Counted from the first letter of the stretch, positions 10,388 to 52,589 are shown. The stretch is 64,000 nucleotides of DNA from Hydrolagus affinis (GCA_012026655.1 JAAILG010001349.1:1-64000), one strand, 5' to 3'. Program-made: numbers and translations. Notes: generated from the letters alone by a model not told the origin.

Positions 10388-13300
10388 CATGAGGTGCCAC
10401 ACAGCTAGATCAGGAGGAAAAAGAAAAGTATTGTTAATAACTATCTTAAATCTATACATATTATTGGCAAAACATTCCTCATTGAGGGGTAGCAAAGAGA
10501 TCTTAACAATGTGGTTTAACAAACCAGAGTCATGGGTGTTTGTGGTACATTAGCAGTAATCCTGCATGTTGCATTCTTTGGCGTGCAAAATTGCCCTTCA
10601 GAACATTTGAAACAGTGTTGGAAGTCTTATTAAAGCTTATGAAGTGCGTGTTAAAAGCCATATTTGATACAACTAGTACAACAACAAATTACATTTGTGT
10701 AGTGCTTTTCACATCAGCAAGACATCCCAAAGTACTGGAGAATTATGACTCCTGCTTATGACACATTGTTCCAAAGGTTTTAAGATTCTTTTATCAAATG
10801 TTGAAGGTTTTTGTACACTGTACTCCATTTTCTGGTAATCAATCTAGCTTCAATCCCAATATGTACCATTATTCAGGGTTTATTGATCAGCTATCGCAAG
10901 ATACAACAACAGGGGTTAACGAAAACAAGAAGCTCTAGCAGAACAGGTCATTGTAACTGGGTAAAAATATCACACTGAAGGTCATCAGTGATGAGCAGGG
11001 GCAGATGAATTGCCTCGCCTCATGTCAGGGCAAAGATCCTGATCCCAGTCTCCATGATACTGATTTATTACTAAGATCTTCCTTGTCTAAAAATGTAATT
11101 CAACAAGGAATGCCGAATTCAAGTTTAGTTTGTTGAGTGTAGAATATATTTCCCAATCATTTATTTGATGTGGACATTGCTCTTCAGCAAGGCAGGGCAG
11201 CCTAAGTATATGTCTATGGGGCATATTAATATCAGGGAGAGCGATAATGGAGCTGTAGAGTCACAGTCTGTGTGGTTTGTCAATGTCAAGATATCAGCTG
11301 TGTATTGCAATGAAACTGTGCAGCCTGGATCTGCATCTGTGGCTAGGAAGGGTGTGGATTGTGGGTTGTAGTTTTGCTCTAAAAAAAAATTATTTTTAGG
11401 AAGGAGTATTTTTTTTCTTTCAGAAAGTTCCATTTGCCAGAATTCAGACTGAAGCTAAATGCAGTTTATCTACAATTATGGATCCCTTAATTTGGATGGT
11501 CTGTTCGTGATTTTTGTTCTGCAATACTGATGTTTCTGAGCATGTGATTGATCAATTAGAGCCAATTCAGAAAGAGTTACCATTATTTTGTGACATTTAA
11601 TAGACTACAAGGTTAAGTACAACAACAACTAAATTACATTTGGATGACATCCCAAGACACTGAAAAGTCAGGGGTCAGGATCCGAGCATGGCTGGGGAGG
11701 GTGGCAGGGTTGGGGTGAGGGAGGGCAGCGAGATAGGACAGCAGCTGAAGGCATGGTCGAAGAGGAGGGTCTTGAGTCCGATCTTGCAGGAAAAATACTG
11801 TGAACTGTACTCTTCCTCTCCCTTGTTCATTGTAGCTCCTGTAACTCTTTAAATGCTCATTTTGTGTTCTAATATATATTATTAACTCTATTCTGAGTTA
11901 CTGAAGCTTAACTTTTGCATTGCTAGTGTGCCCTTTGTTTTGTGTGATGATACGGTCTAAAATATTACATTTGTGCCATTATTCATCTTTGCTGTTTTCT
12001 GCTTTGAAGTTGGAAATCTTGATTGCTGAAATGAGCTCCAGCAGGAATAAGAATGAATTGATTACATTTGGAATGCAAGCAATGCATGAATTTTGAAGCT
12101 ATTGCAAACTGTAAATAAGGTTAGCATTTGAGTTGAAGTGTTCCTGACATTCTTGCATTTTGCAAACTGATCTTCTGAATGCAGGGAGAATATAGAACTA
12201 CTGTACATGGATTTCACAATTGCTTATCGATGTTGGTCAATGAAGAAATAACAGGAAAATAGTTGATTATTTTCTCCAGAAATTTTAATCCCATATACCC
12301 CCATCAACCACATCATTTTCAGCCAAGGTCTTTTTCAATGTCACTCTTATTAACGGTGGTGAATACCTCCAGCTGCTTGATGCTGTGTCATGGCTGAGAT
12401 CAGGAACTTTCTGTTTGCAGGACTGTTTCAGCTAAGAAATGTATTGGGGGAGACTATGTATAAATTTTAAACATCTGTGGATTACATGAAAACTGGACAA
12501 CTGGGGGAAGGCAGGAAATCTACAATGAGTGGACACAGTGGATTGAAAGGTATAACTGTGGATTTCACAAACAGGCAAAACATGCAGGGTAAAATCACTG
12601 TTTTAGCACTAGAATTTTCTGAATTAAGAAAAATCTCAATCTGTCAGAAATGTTGCCATAGAGCTCAAACGATCAAGAAACAATGTGGATTGTACATATG
12701 GTATTGATCATTTGAAGGGTGTTTCACAAACAGAAGCTTAATTTTAATTAGTCCACAGCTGACTGAAGTTCTTCATCTCCCATTGAAACTGAATGAGACA
12801 CATGCCAAGTTCAGACAGCTGAGCACTGAATAGAGGCCTCAGGCTAAGATTTCACAGTCAGAATCTTGCAAAAAATTAAAATCTGCTCTTTTGTTAGCAT
12901 TAATATTTCTTAAGACAAAATTAATAAATTTATGTTCAGGTAATAGTTTATGTGGTGTGCGCGGATATATAATTTATATTTATTCAGGATAGCTCAATTC
13001 ATCTGAAAACTGTTTATTTGAAGTGCCGTTCCCCATTTACAGGACATCTGGGCAATTTTCTTCTAGTCCTTTGCCAATCTGCTCTTGATTAGACACTGGG
13101 GGTGCCTGACAGTGAGCCGAGGTGAGCTGCCTTCCAATTTCCCCTCTTTTTTCCCTGCAGGGAAAGAACTGAATGCCCACTTTGCAGGTCCCTCGGTGAC
13201 GACGCTGAGATGCACATGCTATGTCGGGAATTGGGAACACAAACCTTCTTCCGATCCGTTGTACACTGCATTACAGCGCCACCTTGTTGCATTTGTTTCA

Positions 13301-13756
13301 AAAATCTAATTACTCTATTCGTTTACAAAATTGCAAAAAGTGAAAAATGCACATGTCACAGGTAGGCAATCAAATCCATTTCAAAATGATATCCATATCC
13401 TTTTTGTCATCATTGCTGTTCATGTATTTGAAACTTTGATGATACAATTCACTCAAGTTCAATAAAATAACTGATCTGCAAATGATTGGTGTACCACCTA
13501 GTTCGATTTTTCAGTGACTTTTACTTTGTTAGAAACAAGTTGGTTTCTTTGGAATTGGTAACAAACTCAAAACATAACTTCTGCCATATGTGTAGAGTTT
13601 ATTACCATGGTGTTTTATGTTCCTCTTCCAATGGTCTTTCAGGTAAAAGCACTATTATTTAGCCAAAAAGATTGGAAGGTCACAAACTGGGGTCCAATGA
13701 GTTAGCTAATTCCTGCCAAGAGTACTGTAATTAGACTTAAGCAGGGTTATGTAGAA

Positions 13757-14075
13757 CCTTATCACATCTTTGAGATATCTCAAAACACTTTGCAGAAGAT
13801 ACTGTAAAGTGAATTGACTGTATACTGTATGTTGTAAGCGAATTGCGGTAGCCAATTGTGCACAGCAGTGTTCCACAAACAATCGTGGATTGAGTGACCA
13901 AATTATCATTTAAAAATTTTTTGAAGGGATTATTAGCATGGAAATGTGATCCACCAATCGACTAACAACTGGGTTCCTAGTACTGCTAGGTAAATAGAGG
14001 CGTGTGGAGTAAGGAAACTTGGCTAACATTTTGCCCTGCCCGGGAATCAAATCAGATGAGAGTACAACTCACTAG
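13757..14075 (-). mobile_element. tRNA-derived SINE copy, same family
   Basis: Shared body tactgtaaagtgaattgactgtata...agccaattgtgcacagcagtg; degenerate head. Confidence 0.78.
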
Positions 14076-17000
14076 CCTTTTGGTCTGCCTATCTAGTTGC
14101 TATAGATTGGACTGTGGTGACAGAGCAACAGGAACCGCTCACTGAAGGTTTGGATGCAAGATGTAGGCCGAGTTTGACTGAAGCCACTTTGAAGCAAAAC
14201 TGATGCAATGAACGAAAAACACACTTGTATACCCACGCATCTATAATTTTGCACCACAATGACTGATTCATTCAGTCAAGCAATAGACAATGTTGAACTG
14301 TACTCTGCATTTGACTGGGTAAATATTATCACTGCATAAGCGAACTTAAACATGAATTGCCTTGAATATTCTGAAACAAGATTTTTTTTATTGAAAACAT
14401 CTTACATCTGTAGAATAATTATTATTTTTGTTTTACTAATTGCACATGGAAGAGCAGTTACTAATTTGGTTACATGCCTTTGTTGAATAATGTAGAGTGA
14501 ACTAATACATTATGCTGCATGATAATAAATTTGACCCACTTTGCAATTAGATTCAGCAATACATGAGATGTTTTGAAAAAATAGTAGAAATTGTTATGCC
14601 CAAGTCTTACTGCTTATATTTATGATAAGTGTAACCAACACTAATTGCAAAAGTGAATGGTGTACACATTGCCTGCAATGGCCAATTGTGGGTCCACTTT
14701 TGTTTGATACCGTTACTGTTCATTAATATGGTGGCTTCTACCAGTCATATTCTGTTTTAATAATTACAACCCAGTTGGTCACAGCTGTTTTTACAACCAT
14801 TTGGCCCATGGCAAATAAGACAATCTAAGAATTAACCGTGGCAAGAAATTTATAATATAAACAATACGCATATATTGTCAATTAAGGTACAGCTTCCTCG
14901 GAATGATGAAATGCAATGATTTAATGAAGTCATAATGAGCCCCTTTGATCTGGGTAATGTTTTCTTACTTAAGCAAATATTTTATTTTAAAATCACTTAG
15001 TTTGTTCAATGAATGCCATAAAGCCGGATTTAGATTTATTGAGTTTTTTTTACACAAATACACATAGGCAATTTGAGTTATCAAAGAAAATACTGTATTG
15101 AGATTTTTTCTTGTCTACAATTGTTGCATTGTTACAATGGAAATACACTGTGTACAATTATGTTTTGGACATTTTAAGAGTAAACAGTAAACTAACTACT
15201 AGTAGTTAATAGTTTAGGTGTGGTAGGTGTAGTACTGGAATGGATTGTTAACCAAAAATATATTCATGTTAATATTTTGGAGTTTTGCTGGACATATGGT
15301 AAGATAAAGGCATTATCCTGGATTGCTGCAGCATCATCTGGGAAGACAGTAAATAATTAGGATTAATTAAAAATTCTGATTTATTGCAGACATGGTCGCT
15401 TAGTATTTTAATATGCTCTGCTTTGGTAGAAATGCATACATAATGTCAGATAATGGGACTTCTCATTATGTTTCAGCGCCTTGGGACGTCCTCCCAACAT
15501 GAAAGGTGCTCTATAAATGGAATTTTGTTGTTGTATATCAAATACAACATTCTGGAATGATGAAAATATATATATATTTTAAAAATCTAAATATCAATTC
15601 CAAAAAATGCTGAGGCCAATGTTAGAAATATTGTATTTTAATAGAAGTACCCTGCAAAATAATATCTATTTTTCCTGACTATTCCCCCCCACCCACGTTC
15701 AAAACCCCCCAAATAGGTACAAAGCTTGTTGCAAACAGTTCACTTTGTAGCTCCAGATCATGTATCAATTCCTATACAATCATGAGAGAACACTATTTTT
15801 CAGTTTTTGATAAATTGAACTTGAATGCATTGGGCAGGAAACAATTTTGCACACACAAACATATAGATATATACATCTATATATGTGTGTTATATTAAAT
15901 GTAAGGATTATTGTTATTTTATTAAGATTATTATAAGGATTATTATTAATGAACAAATGGCTAAAGGGCAGTCTTGCACAAATCAAAATTGAGTTATAAA
16001 ACTAAAAATTCTGTCATGCCTTAAATTTGGTCACCAGGAACTACAAGTGGAAAGACCAGTGTTTCAGCTCCACCAACTTGACTTTAGAGTATTAAAAGCT
16101 GTAATGACACCTTTTTGCAGGACAGGTAATATCATCCTTAAGGTCACTCGCCTTTTTAGATTTACAGGGAGATGAATCAACACACCTCCTCAGAGCAGTT
16201 AAACAGTGCTTAATTTATATTAAGTAATCTCTAAATTTTTCCATCTCAGTGAAACTTAGCAAAGCTTTGAAGATCTGCGATGAAATATCCTGAGAAACTT
16301 CCACACGACACTGGAGATCGGAATAAGGCAAACACCAAATTATTTTACGTACGATTGTTGAATTCCTTCCTTAAAATACTAATATCCTTGCACTTTACTC
16401 CATTTCTGCCTCCAGCAAAAAGTATGATAATAATCCTTGCAGGAGAATTTCTCAAAGTGCTTCACAGAATTTACAATGAAGGGTTGTGACTGTATTTTGT
16501 CGTTGAATATATAGTCAATTTGCACAAGGCATCTACTAATAATTTTCAATTGTGGAATAACACATGTGAAGCAGAGCAAAAATGCATTGGGCATGTCTAC
16601 CTCAACCCTTATCATTTGATCCGTGCTCAAAATCTTTTTCTCTCCTGCCTTGCACAAAATGCATATCCTGATACCCTGTTCAATGTGGAAATCTAGCTAT
16701 TATTTTCAACATGATTATAGTGTAAAGAAATTGTGATAATGTGGTAGGGTTGACATCTAATACTTCTCTCGTGTTTATAATTTACAATATAGATTCCTTC
16801 AAGTCATATCATGTGTTAAAGTAGTGCCCACACCCACTGCCTCTGGAGTGGTGAATGCCACTCCCTATTCATTATATGAATTAGGTGGAGTAACATGATG
16901 TCATTCTAAAGGAAACTTGTTACAAAGAATTTAATCACAAACTATGCCTTGAGGCAAAGCACAGGCCAGGAGAAAACATAGGGACACAGTCAGTGTCTTG

Positions 17001-17829
17001 CTTTATAACGCTTGGTATTGTGTAACAGCTCAGATGAATACAGCTCTTAAAGCAGTGTTATAGTGATTAGATATATAAATAGATATTTTTAAAAAATCTA
17101 TGAAGCCTCTGTCTACAGAAATCCTAGAAATAATTGTAGAGTGGTACGTCTACTTAAAACCAAAGACCATGGCAAAGCTTTTAATTTTTAAAATGGTCAG
17201 AAGTTGTTGCCTCTGTGAGCAGTGTCATTGTTTTTTATTTGGAAACCTTAATTCCAGGCTACCAGGTTTTTCATCTTCGAGGTCACCAGTGCTCTCTGCG
17301 GAAGAAATTACAGTATTTGTATCCCATATTGTAACTTTTCCCTTTGTTCTGTAATAAACTTATCCAGTACATTTTGCTTTCCTTACAGGAATGTGAATGA
17401 CAAGTTCACAAGTCACACCTACAAAAATCAGAAATGCTTTGATAGGTTAGATCTTGTCTCTGTACTGTGGAATCCACAGCTGTAATGGAAATGAGTCACA
17501 ACCCAACGCAAAACAGTATTAACTGGAGCATTGGAAGATTGACTGCTTATTACATTTTAAGCATCAAGGACATTCAATTAATGATACAAGAGCATATAAA
17601 TGAACAGCCAAAAAGAGTATTTATTTGTTTGATATTATATGCTTTGCTGTAATGTTAGTTACATGAAGATTCTTTGTCATCTATTCAATGTGATTACTGT
17701 ATATTTCCATAAATTAGGCTGCTGTACAATTCACAACATTTGCAAGTATGTCATGCAGAAATAAAAATGTGTCCTTTGAAATGTAATATTATTATACAGA
17801 TAAATAAAGATTTTTTTTTGGGGGGTGGG

Positions 17830-17965
17830 GTTCTGAGTTCTGACGAAAGGTCACCGACCTGCAACGTTCACACACATTCCTCTCTCCATAGATGCTCCCT
17901 GACCTGCTAAGTGTTCCAAGCGACTTCTGTTTTCATTTCAAGTTTCCAACATCTACAGTACTTTA
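17830..17965 (+). mobile_element. Penelope-like element terminal repeat relic with a degenerate minimal hammerhead motif
   Basis: ttctgacgaaaggtcaccgacctgcaacgtt...ctctctccatagatgctccctgacctgctaagt...tttccaacatctacagt resembles a repeat I recall as common in cartilaginous fishes. Confidence 0.6.
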
Positions 17966-18021
17966 CCTGCAGTAGAATGCTGTTTGTGGCATGAGTTTCG
18001 AATGGTGGAATCAAACCATAA

Positions 18022-18121
18022 NNNNNNNNNNNNNNNNNNNNNNNNNNNNNNNNNNNNNNNNNNNNNNNNNNNNNNNNNNNNNNNNNNNNNNNNNNNNNNN
18101 NNNNNNNNNNNNNNNNNNNNN
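18022..18121. other. Assembly gap (100 N, true size unknown)
   Basis: Run of exactly 100 N. Confidence 0.99.
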
Positions 18122-18589
18122 GGCAATTATAAAAAGAGAAACACTATGTTAATGCTGGCGACGAATTTCTACTGCTCAGCCTTAATTTCAAACGATGTTA
18201 CTCTCACTGAAATAACAAACGATAAGATTTCCCAAGAGGTACCGCGGGTGTGACACTACAACAGTAAACATCTGATTGCAAACGTATAAATGACAAAACC
18301 ACACCATGTTGACAAACAATCAGACCGCCCTCACTTTGTGCAAACATTCAACCAAAACAGTCACAACAACAAAATTACATTTATAGAGAGCCTTTCACAT
18401 CAGGCAGTAACATCCGGCAGCACATGTGAACGCTTTTGCACCCCGTATTTGCACTTTGGACTTAAGCCACTTGTACAGAAATGATTGGGGAGGGGTAGGG
18501 GGCAGGAGGGAGGGGGGTAATGTGTTTACATTGAGTCAGTCAGATTGACAGCCAGACACAGCGCGCTCATTGCAATAGAGATAGAGACT

Positions 18590-18936
18590 GATGTCCACTG
18601 ACAAATAGATAGACACAGACATACAGGCACTGACTGACTGACACATACAGACTGGAGAACTGACAGACAGACAGACAGACACACGGTGGACAGACTGGCA
18701 GACTGACTGACACACAGACACACACAGAGGGTAGACTGACAGACAGACTGACTGACACACAGACAGACACACAGAGGGTAGACTGACAGACAGACACACG
18801 GTGGACAGACTGTCACACAGAGGACAGACTGACAGACAGACACACGGTGGACAGACTGGCAGACAGACTGACTGACACACAGACAGACACACAGAGGACA
18901 GACTGACAGACAGACACACAGAGGTCAGACAGACAG
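18590..18936. repeat. Compound (GACA/GACT/CA)n microsatellite with higher-order repeats
   Basis: Recurring acagacagacacacggtggacagactg units; this explains the low-complexity S/V/C/L ORFs. Confidence 0.9.
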
Positions 18937-18939
18937 TGT

Positions 18940-19560
18940 CGCTGAAGCTCTGAGCCGGTGCCGTCAGGTGGTGAGTGACGTCAGTAACCTGCGCGCGCCC
19001 CCGCCCGGGGCCGGGAGGAGCTGGAGCTCGAGACAGAGACAGAGACTCTGGGGCAGGTGCGGGCCGGGCCGCTCCCCCTCCACTGTTTTATATCATTAAT
19101 ATACACACACACATATACACATATATAATAGCCATATATAATCCCGATGCTCCTCTCGCTGCTCGGGATGTGTAAAGGTGAGACCCACCCCCCAGGGCTG
19201 TGATTTGTTTTGCTTCTCGAATTACCTTCCTCACATCCAGCTCCTCTCTGTGTCTCTCTGTGTCTCTCCCTCCCTCGGTCTCTCCCTTTCTCTCTCACTC
19301 TCCCCCTGCCTGCCTCTCTCCCCTTGTCTCCCTCCCTCCCTCCCTCCCTTCCTTTCTCTCTCCCTGTTGTTTCACGGGACGGCCTACAGTGAGCGCTCAG
19401 TGTCGGGCTGTGGCCCAAGGGACAAGACACCGCCGCCAGACAGACAGTCAGTCAGCCAGTCAAGTCACTGCCGCCACCGATACCGGCGTCACGGTTACAC
19501 TGAGAGGAGAAAGGAGTTGAGATTCATCGGCAAAATGGAGGCTGTGCCGTGGGAGTGAGA
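18940..19560 (+). promoter_or_regulatory. CpG-island promoter and non-coding first exon(s) of CEP170B
   Basis: Abrupt GC/CpG-rich island. Perfect CRE TGACGTCA at 18976-18983, GCGCGCGC run at 18991-18998, GC-box CCCCGCCC at 18999-19006. Candidate donors AAG|gtgaga (19177/8) and GAG|gtaatg (19674/5). Confidence 0.7.
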
Positions 19561-21504
19561 GGAGAGGCGAGGAGAGAGGGATAGACTGGATGGTGAGGAT
19601 GGCTGAAGCCTGTGCCCTTTACCCTGGGGTGGTGGGAGGGGGGGGGGGGGGGTTAATTTAAGGCTTTTTGCGAGGTAATGCGTGAGTAGACTGTTCATCA
19701 AGTTGGGGGGAGAGGAGAGGAGAAGAGAGATGCGAGTAGTCGCCGTGTGAAGGAAGGAAGGATGGTTAGAAAGAAGGAAGGGAGGAGGGAGGAGGAGGAA
19801 TGAATGGAGCATTCGCTGGAGGGGGAAGGGACTGGATCAGAGAAGATAAAAGCGAAGAAGGGAGGTACCCAGCCAGGCTGGCACTGTCCTAAATCATCTC
19901 TGGGATGGAATAGGCAGATCCCCATGGCAGGAAAGCTGCTTACAGCACTGCTTGTTTTTGAATTCTATTTCATTTTTGGGGGAGAAAATACATGTGTATC
20001 TCATTTATTTCACCATGGATTTCGGAAACTTCATTGCAGAATGATTTCCCCATATTGCTATGTGTGTTAGATGTTATGATGTGGAATGACATTTTTGTTG
20101 TAAATTCAAGTATTTTTAAAATGTATATATATATATATATTTGATAAGTGATGGTGGTGGAAGAAAAGGATGGTGGGGTGGGGGGGAATCCTACAACTGT
20201 ATATTGTATTGTGCTTCAGGTAAAGATTTTGAATTTTCTATTCAGGAATTGAGGGAGACATTTTTGAATTTTGAAAATCGGATGATGTATTGAGTGATGT
20301 ATTCATTCAGCGGGTGTCTCTATCGAGAGCGACTTGAGCTGAATTGTAGTTCATATACTGTATTTATTTGATTCATCACAACACTGGTACTCCAGTCATT
20401 CATTTCCTATGGTTTGTAGCTAATATTATAGTGGGGCAATATGTTGCAATGGGCAATTGCATTAAGATGATATTTGCTTATACTTTAATATATCGTGAAG
20501 TGAGTCCTCATCCACTTAAATCGATCAGGTACACACAAGTTTGTTTTTATAACCACAAAAGTATGCAAAATCATATTCTCTGGAATGAACAATTTTTAGC
20601 AGTGAGTTTAAAATTTTCTTTTTCTTAATTTAAGATAATTAAATTTTTTTTAAAAAAGGAATAAATGGAACTGTGACCTACTTAAATATTATAAATACTG
20701 TGCAATTAAAATGAGTATCTCCAAACCATCACTTAATAATCTTGTTTTGATTGTGTTTATCATATATCTGTTTATCATTGGGATATCATTGCATCAAAGG
20801 CATGGAGTGCTCCAGCACTGTATGTTCACCACCATTTCCATTGCAGGAAGGTGGATCTTGAATATAAAAATGCAGTAGGCCTCTAGAACTGGCTGTACAT
20901 AATCTCACCTCTGCACTACCATTGCTTTTGCAATTTAATATTACAGGTATTTAGACTCTGTGGAACATTACTGGATTTATTGTCATTACCATATTTTGTA
21001 TTTTTTTAATTTACCTCCCCTATTTTAAAGGATTCAATTGTATTTAGAAGAATAACTTAAGCTTCTTTACATTGTTTGTAATACCTTTCTACCCTTGTTC
21101 CTGGCTTGGTCCCGGGATCCGCTACTGTGAAGCGCTCTGAGACGCCGTCCGGCGTGGAGGGCACTATATAAATCAAAGTTGTTGTTGTTGTTTGTCTTAT
21201 GCAGGCCGTGAATATTTACTGTTTTATGATTATCGATGGCTAAATATTTTGACTGGTGTGTTTGCCAGTGGTGTGTTTTATTGTGGAAAAATGTAAATTG
21301 AGGAAAAAACATTGATGGACAATAAACTGTAATTAGTTCATGCTGCAGTGTTTGTGCAGTATCTCCAGATAGTTGCTTTTTTATTGCTTTGTTTTAAATA
21401 TCTCAATTGTTTAAAGAAAATTTAAAAGGGATAGATAGTCAAGTGTAATGTTTGCTTTTTTTAAGGAATATTCAATTGTAGACATTAAGTGCCGAACACT
21501 GAGG

Positions 21505-48863
<27,359 letters not shown>

Positions 48864-51800
48864 GCAAATGTGTAAGATATATAGGCACTATGCTCTGAAT
48901 GAGTGGTATTTTTTGTTTTTGCTATTATTTGAACAGTGTTTTTGTCAATTTCTATATGGGTAGTTGTGAAAAGCTTCATAGAATAATGTTGTAAGTGATA
49001 TATTGCACAAAAAAATGCTTATTGAGCAGGTGGAATAGAGGGATAATATTTTGTCTTTTTAGTTAGGCTTCACAACGCAAAGAGAGGCACATATTCTGCA
49101 GCGAGGCCAGATAGAATCAAACTAGAGTTCTACAGGGTATTTCAGTTCCACACAGGCTGTGCCATTTAAATACTGTATGCCATTATCATGCACTGAAGAA
49201 GAAAACTAATTGCACAGGTTGTACCTTTGCATGCCAAGTTCCAGCACAAATTCAACAGTTGAGCAATGACTGCATATACTTACCCCATTCTCATTTTATG
49301 CCATTTTCTAACAACAATGTTATGCCATGTGTTATCTAACGTTAATTAGATCAATGTGCTTGTTTAATATTAAATCTACTGGGAGGGATAAAATTAATCA
49401 TTTGCTTCCTCCTATCACATTGCTTAATTTAGCTGTTTGGAGTTGCTGTGTGTTATTTTGTTATAACTATAGCATGTGCACTTAGGGATTGTTACCCACT
49501 TATGCTGGAAGAGAGTTATTTTAAAAAAAACGAAACAACACACTCGCTTCAAATATACAAGTTAACACATTTCCATCTAACTAGCGACTTTTAGTGTAAT
49601 TCATAACATCTGGAATAATTGGCCACTTAGTTTTGTATGAGAACAAAGCAGACACATTCAAACAAGAAAATGTAGTGCACAAATGCTATGTCAACTATTG
49701 AAATGTCAAGCCTGAAGGAGCAGAGTCAATCTGGAAATTGTGTAAAAACTCTTGTTTTTCTTTAAAGCTTTGCCTGTTTCCACTGAGCTGCATGCCATCT
49801 CCTTCAATGTATAGCTAGCGCAGTTTGGTCATCAAACTTCTCTAGCTACTACTGGTACTAAAATCTGTATTGACTGCTTGGGTAAAGGCTGTATGAGACA
49901 GGATTGTCCTCCGACCAACTTTGACTGACACAATGCTACATCTAGTGCCTCAGGCAAAAATCTATGAAATTCTCCTTTTTGGGAGACCAGGACACTCCAG
50001 TGACATTTGAAACTGGTTCAAATGATGGTATCTGGATAATTTCATGTGAAACTATGCTGTAGCTGTAACAGTTGCCAGATGATTGATTTGAAGTGTTGCA
50101 TTTTGAGAAATAACAAAGATTGATAATCTTGGAAATATTTCTGAAACGAACTTCTGCAAAAACAAATTGGATATTTAACTTGGTTACTTATGCTCAACAC
50201 TAATTGCTAAACCCAACCCAAATCTAAGTTGTGAATTGGATAAATATGAATTATAATATCATCCATATTTATTGTTTTGCTTTTATAAAAAAAAGTTGAA
50301 TTATGCATCAAACTTTGATTTCTATGCAGCTGTTAGATCATAAATTTATTTGCACATATCTTAGGATCTTCATTCATGATGGACCTGACTTAATATTGTG
50401 TAAAACCTCAACGAGTAAAGTTCTGTGAAAGTTGGAATCTTTAAATCCCATGCATTCCAACGGTATTTACTACAATACGCTTCAGAACTGTTTTGCAGGC
50501 TGAGATCTTGCAAATGCTATTCAGCACTTCAGCAAATCTCTTCATCATAATAACTGAGGCAAAGATCCAGTGATTTTCTCTTACCCTTCTACCTGTTGAA
50601 ATCAAACTAGATCTGCCTCCGTGATCAATTGATGAACTAAGCATTCTTCCAAAAAAGGTTGAAACAAAATAAACTGTCCTCATGCAGCAGTTTCCAGAAC
50701 TACACAGTAGCTGAATAGGTGAAAATGTCAAAAGTACCCGAGGTACACAGGCACAATGTGGCCAAATGTTTGCTTGTGACCTATATAATTAGTTTAGCAA
50801 TTTCCTGTATGTACGTTTGTATGCTAGCTATTGCTTAAGACCTTATATGTGACACTGATTCAATTAGAAATGTGGCTATCATCCTCTCTCCAGCATCTCA
50901 GAAGTCTAGAACCACCATGCATATTGCACAGATCTCACATAGATATACTATATTTGTGTTGTGAGTACTACAGTATATGGTCTCGTGAAGCAAGAATATA
51001 CTAAATCATTGTGTCTTTTTGTGGTCGTTATTGCCTTTTTTTCTGTTTCATTTCTGTTTGACATTTATTCAAGATATAGTTTAAAATAGTAAATAATGCA
51101 GTGCACATTTACTTTTCATCTGTGGGTCCCTTTTAGGTTTTATGTGCAGCAGTAACTATTAGATATTTTCCTAATTAAACACTGATTGAGATAGTTGCTT
51201 TGAAGAAGGCAATGATGCTGAAGGATATAGCACTAATTTCTAAATCTAATATCCATTGTAAAAAGAACACAATGATAATAATAATAATCCTTGTATCTGA
51301 TTTAGCGCTTTTCATTCACGTCTTCTAGACGCCTCAAAGCGTTTCACAGAATATACTGTAAAGTGAATTGACTTGTGTATTTGTGGGCGAACCAATTACT
51401 TATGTTAAAGGTTTACATTTTTAAGAGGACCTTTCTATTGTTCTGTTTGATAGCTGTCAAATTACAATTATGACAAGAAATTTGAAAGATTTTGAATGGA
51501 GAGAAAAATATCAAATTCTCAGTTTAACATTGGTACATGGAATGCTTCCTCTTAATGTCACTTAGAAGTCTTGGAATCCATACAGGAAGAATGGTTACTT
51601 GCATTATTACTGTCCTATTTGTCTGTGTAAGAATAGAATCTCCTGAGCTGAATTGTCTTAGCACTTGTTGCTAATGTGCTGCTACCGTTTTGTGGCTCAT
51701 TTCATTGTTTTGCATGTGACAAAACCAACTTGGTAATTACACAAGAGAATTGCAACTGTACAGCTTTCATTTCCAAGACAAATGGTGTATTTTTTTCAGG

Positions 51801-52589
51801 TACTTTACTTGTAATTCTGTATGTGTTCTTCAGCTTTCACTGAATGGTATATTTGACCTTTTGCACACTGTTGTATAAAGCTGAATATTTTCAGCGTTCT
51901 TCCATTATTTTGGCCAATTGCCATGGTGTAATTTATTTTGTTGCCTTACATTAAATAACATTGTATGTAAATTTTGTTAGGATGAACAAATTTCTGATTT
52001 TAAATTGTTTTGCATATCAGAGTAATTTTGAATTGCTATTTAATTTTTGCCATGGAACTTGATTATAATAAACCATTCTTCATAGCCATTGCCATGCGTC
52101 ATGGTAATCCATGAAGTTGGCATACAAAATCCTATTCTCATTGAGAATTTGCACCACAAACCGCCTACCAATGTTTTGACAGAAACTAGCTGAGGTAGGA
52201 GATGGAAAGTTATGATAGTAATCTTTGTGTTTGATATAGCGCCTTTCACATCAGCAGAGCACCTGACTACAAAGTGCTCAAAGATAAAGTTCATTGTTAT
52301 TTGTGTATAATTGGTTGTCTCTGGCCATTGGATGAATATTGCCTTTTATGGTGTAATGGGAAACAACCAGTACATTTGCTAAATAGGATTATAAACCTCA
52401 ACATCTGGAAGATATATATAAAAAAAGATTTGGGGGCTATCAGTCATCTTATTAAGTAAGGTATGAAATGGTAACTTACCATCCTATCCCATTATACAAA
52501 AACTCAACTTGCATCCAATGTTGCAAAGAAAAGAAAATGTGTTTACTGAGATGTGAATTCTTTGACTCCCTAAAATGTAGAATGTATTT

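Noticed and set aside
18526-19812. Several ORFs of 60-150 aa around the CpG island
   Set aside because: Low-complexity products of GACA, CT and GA simple repeats.
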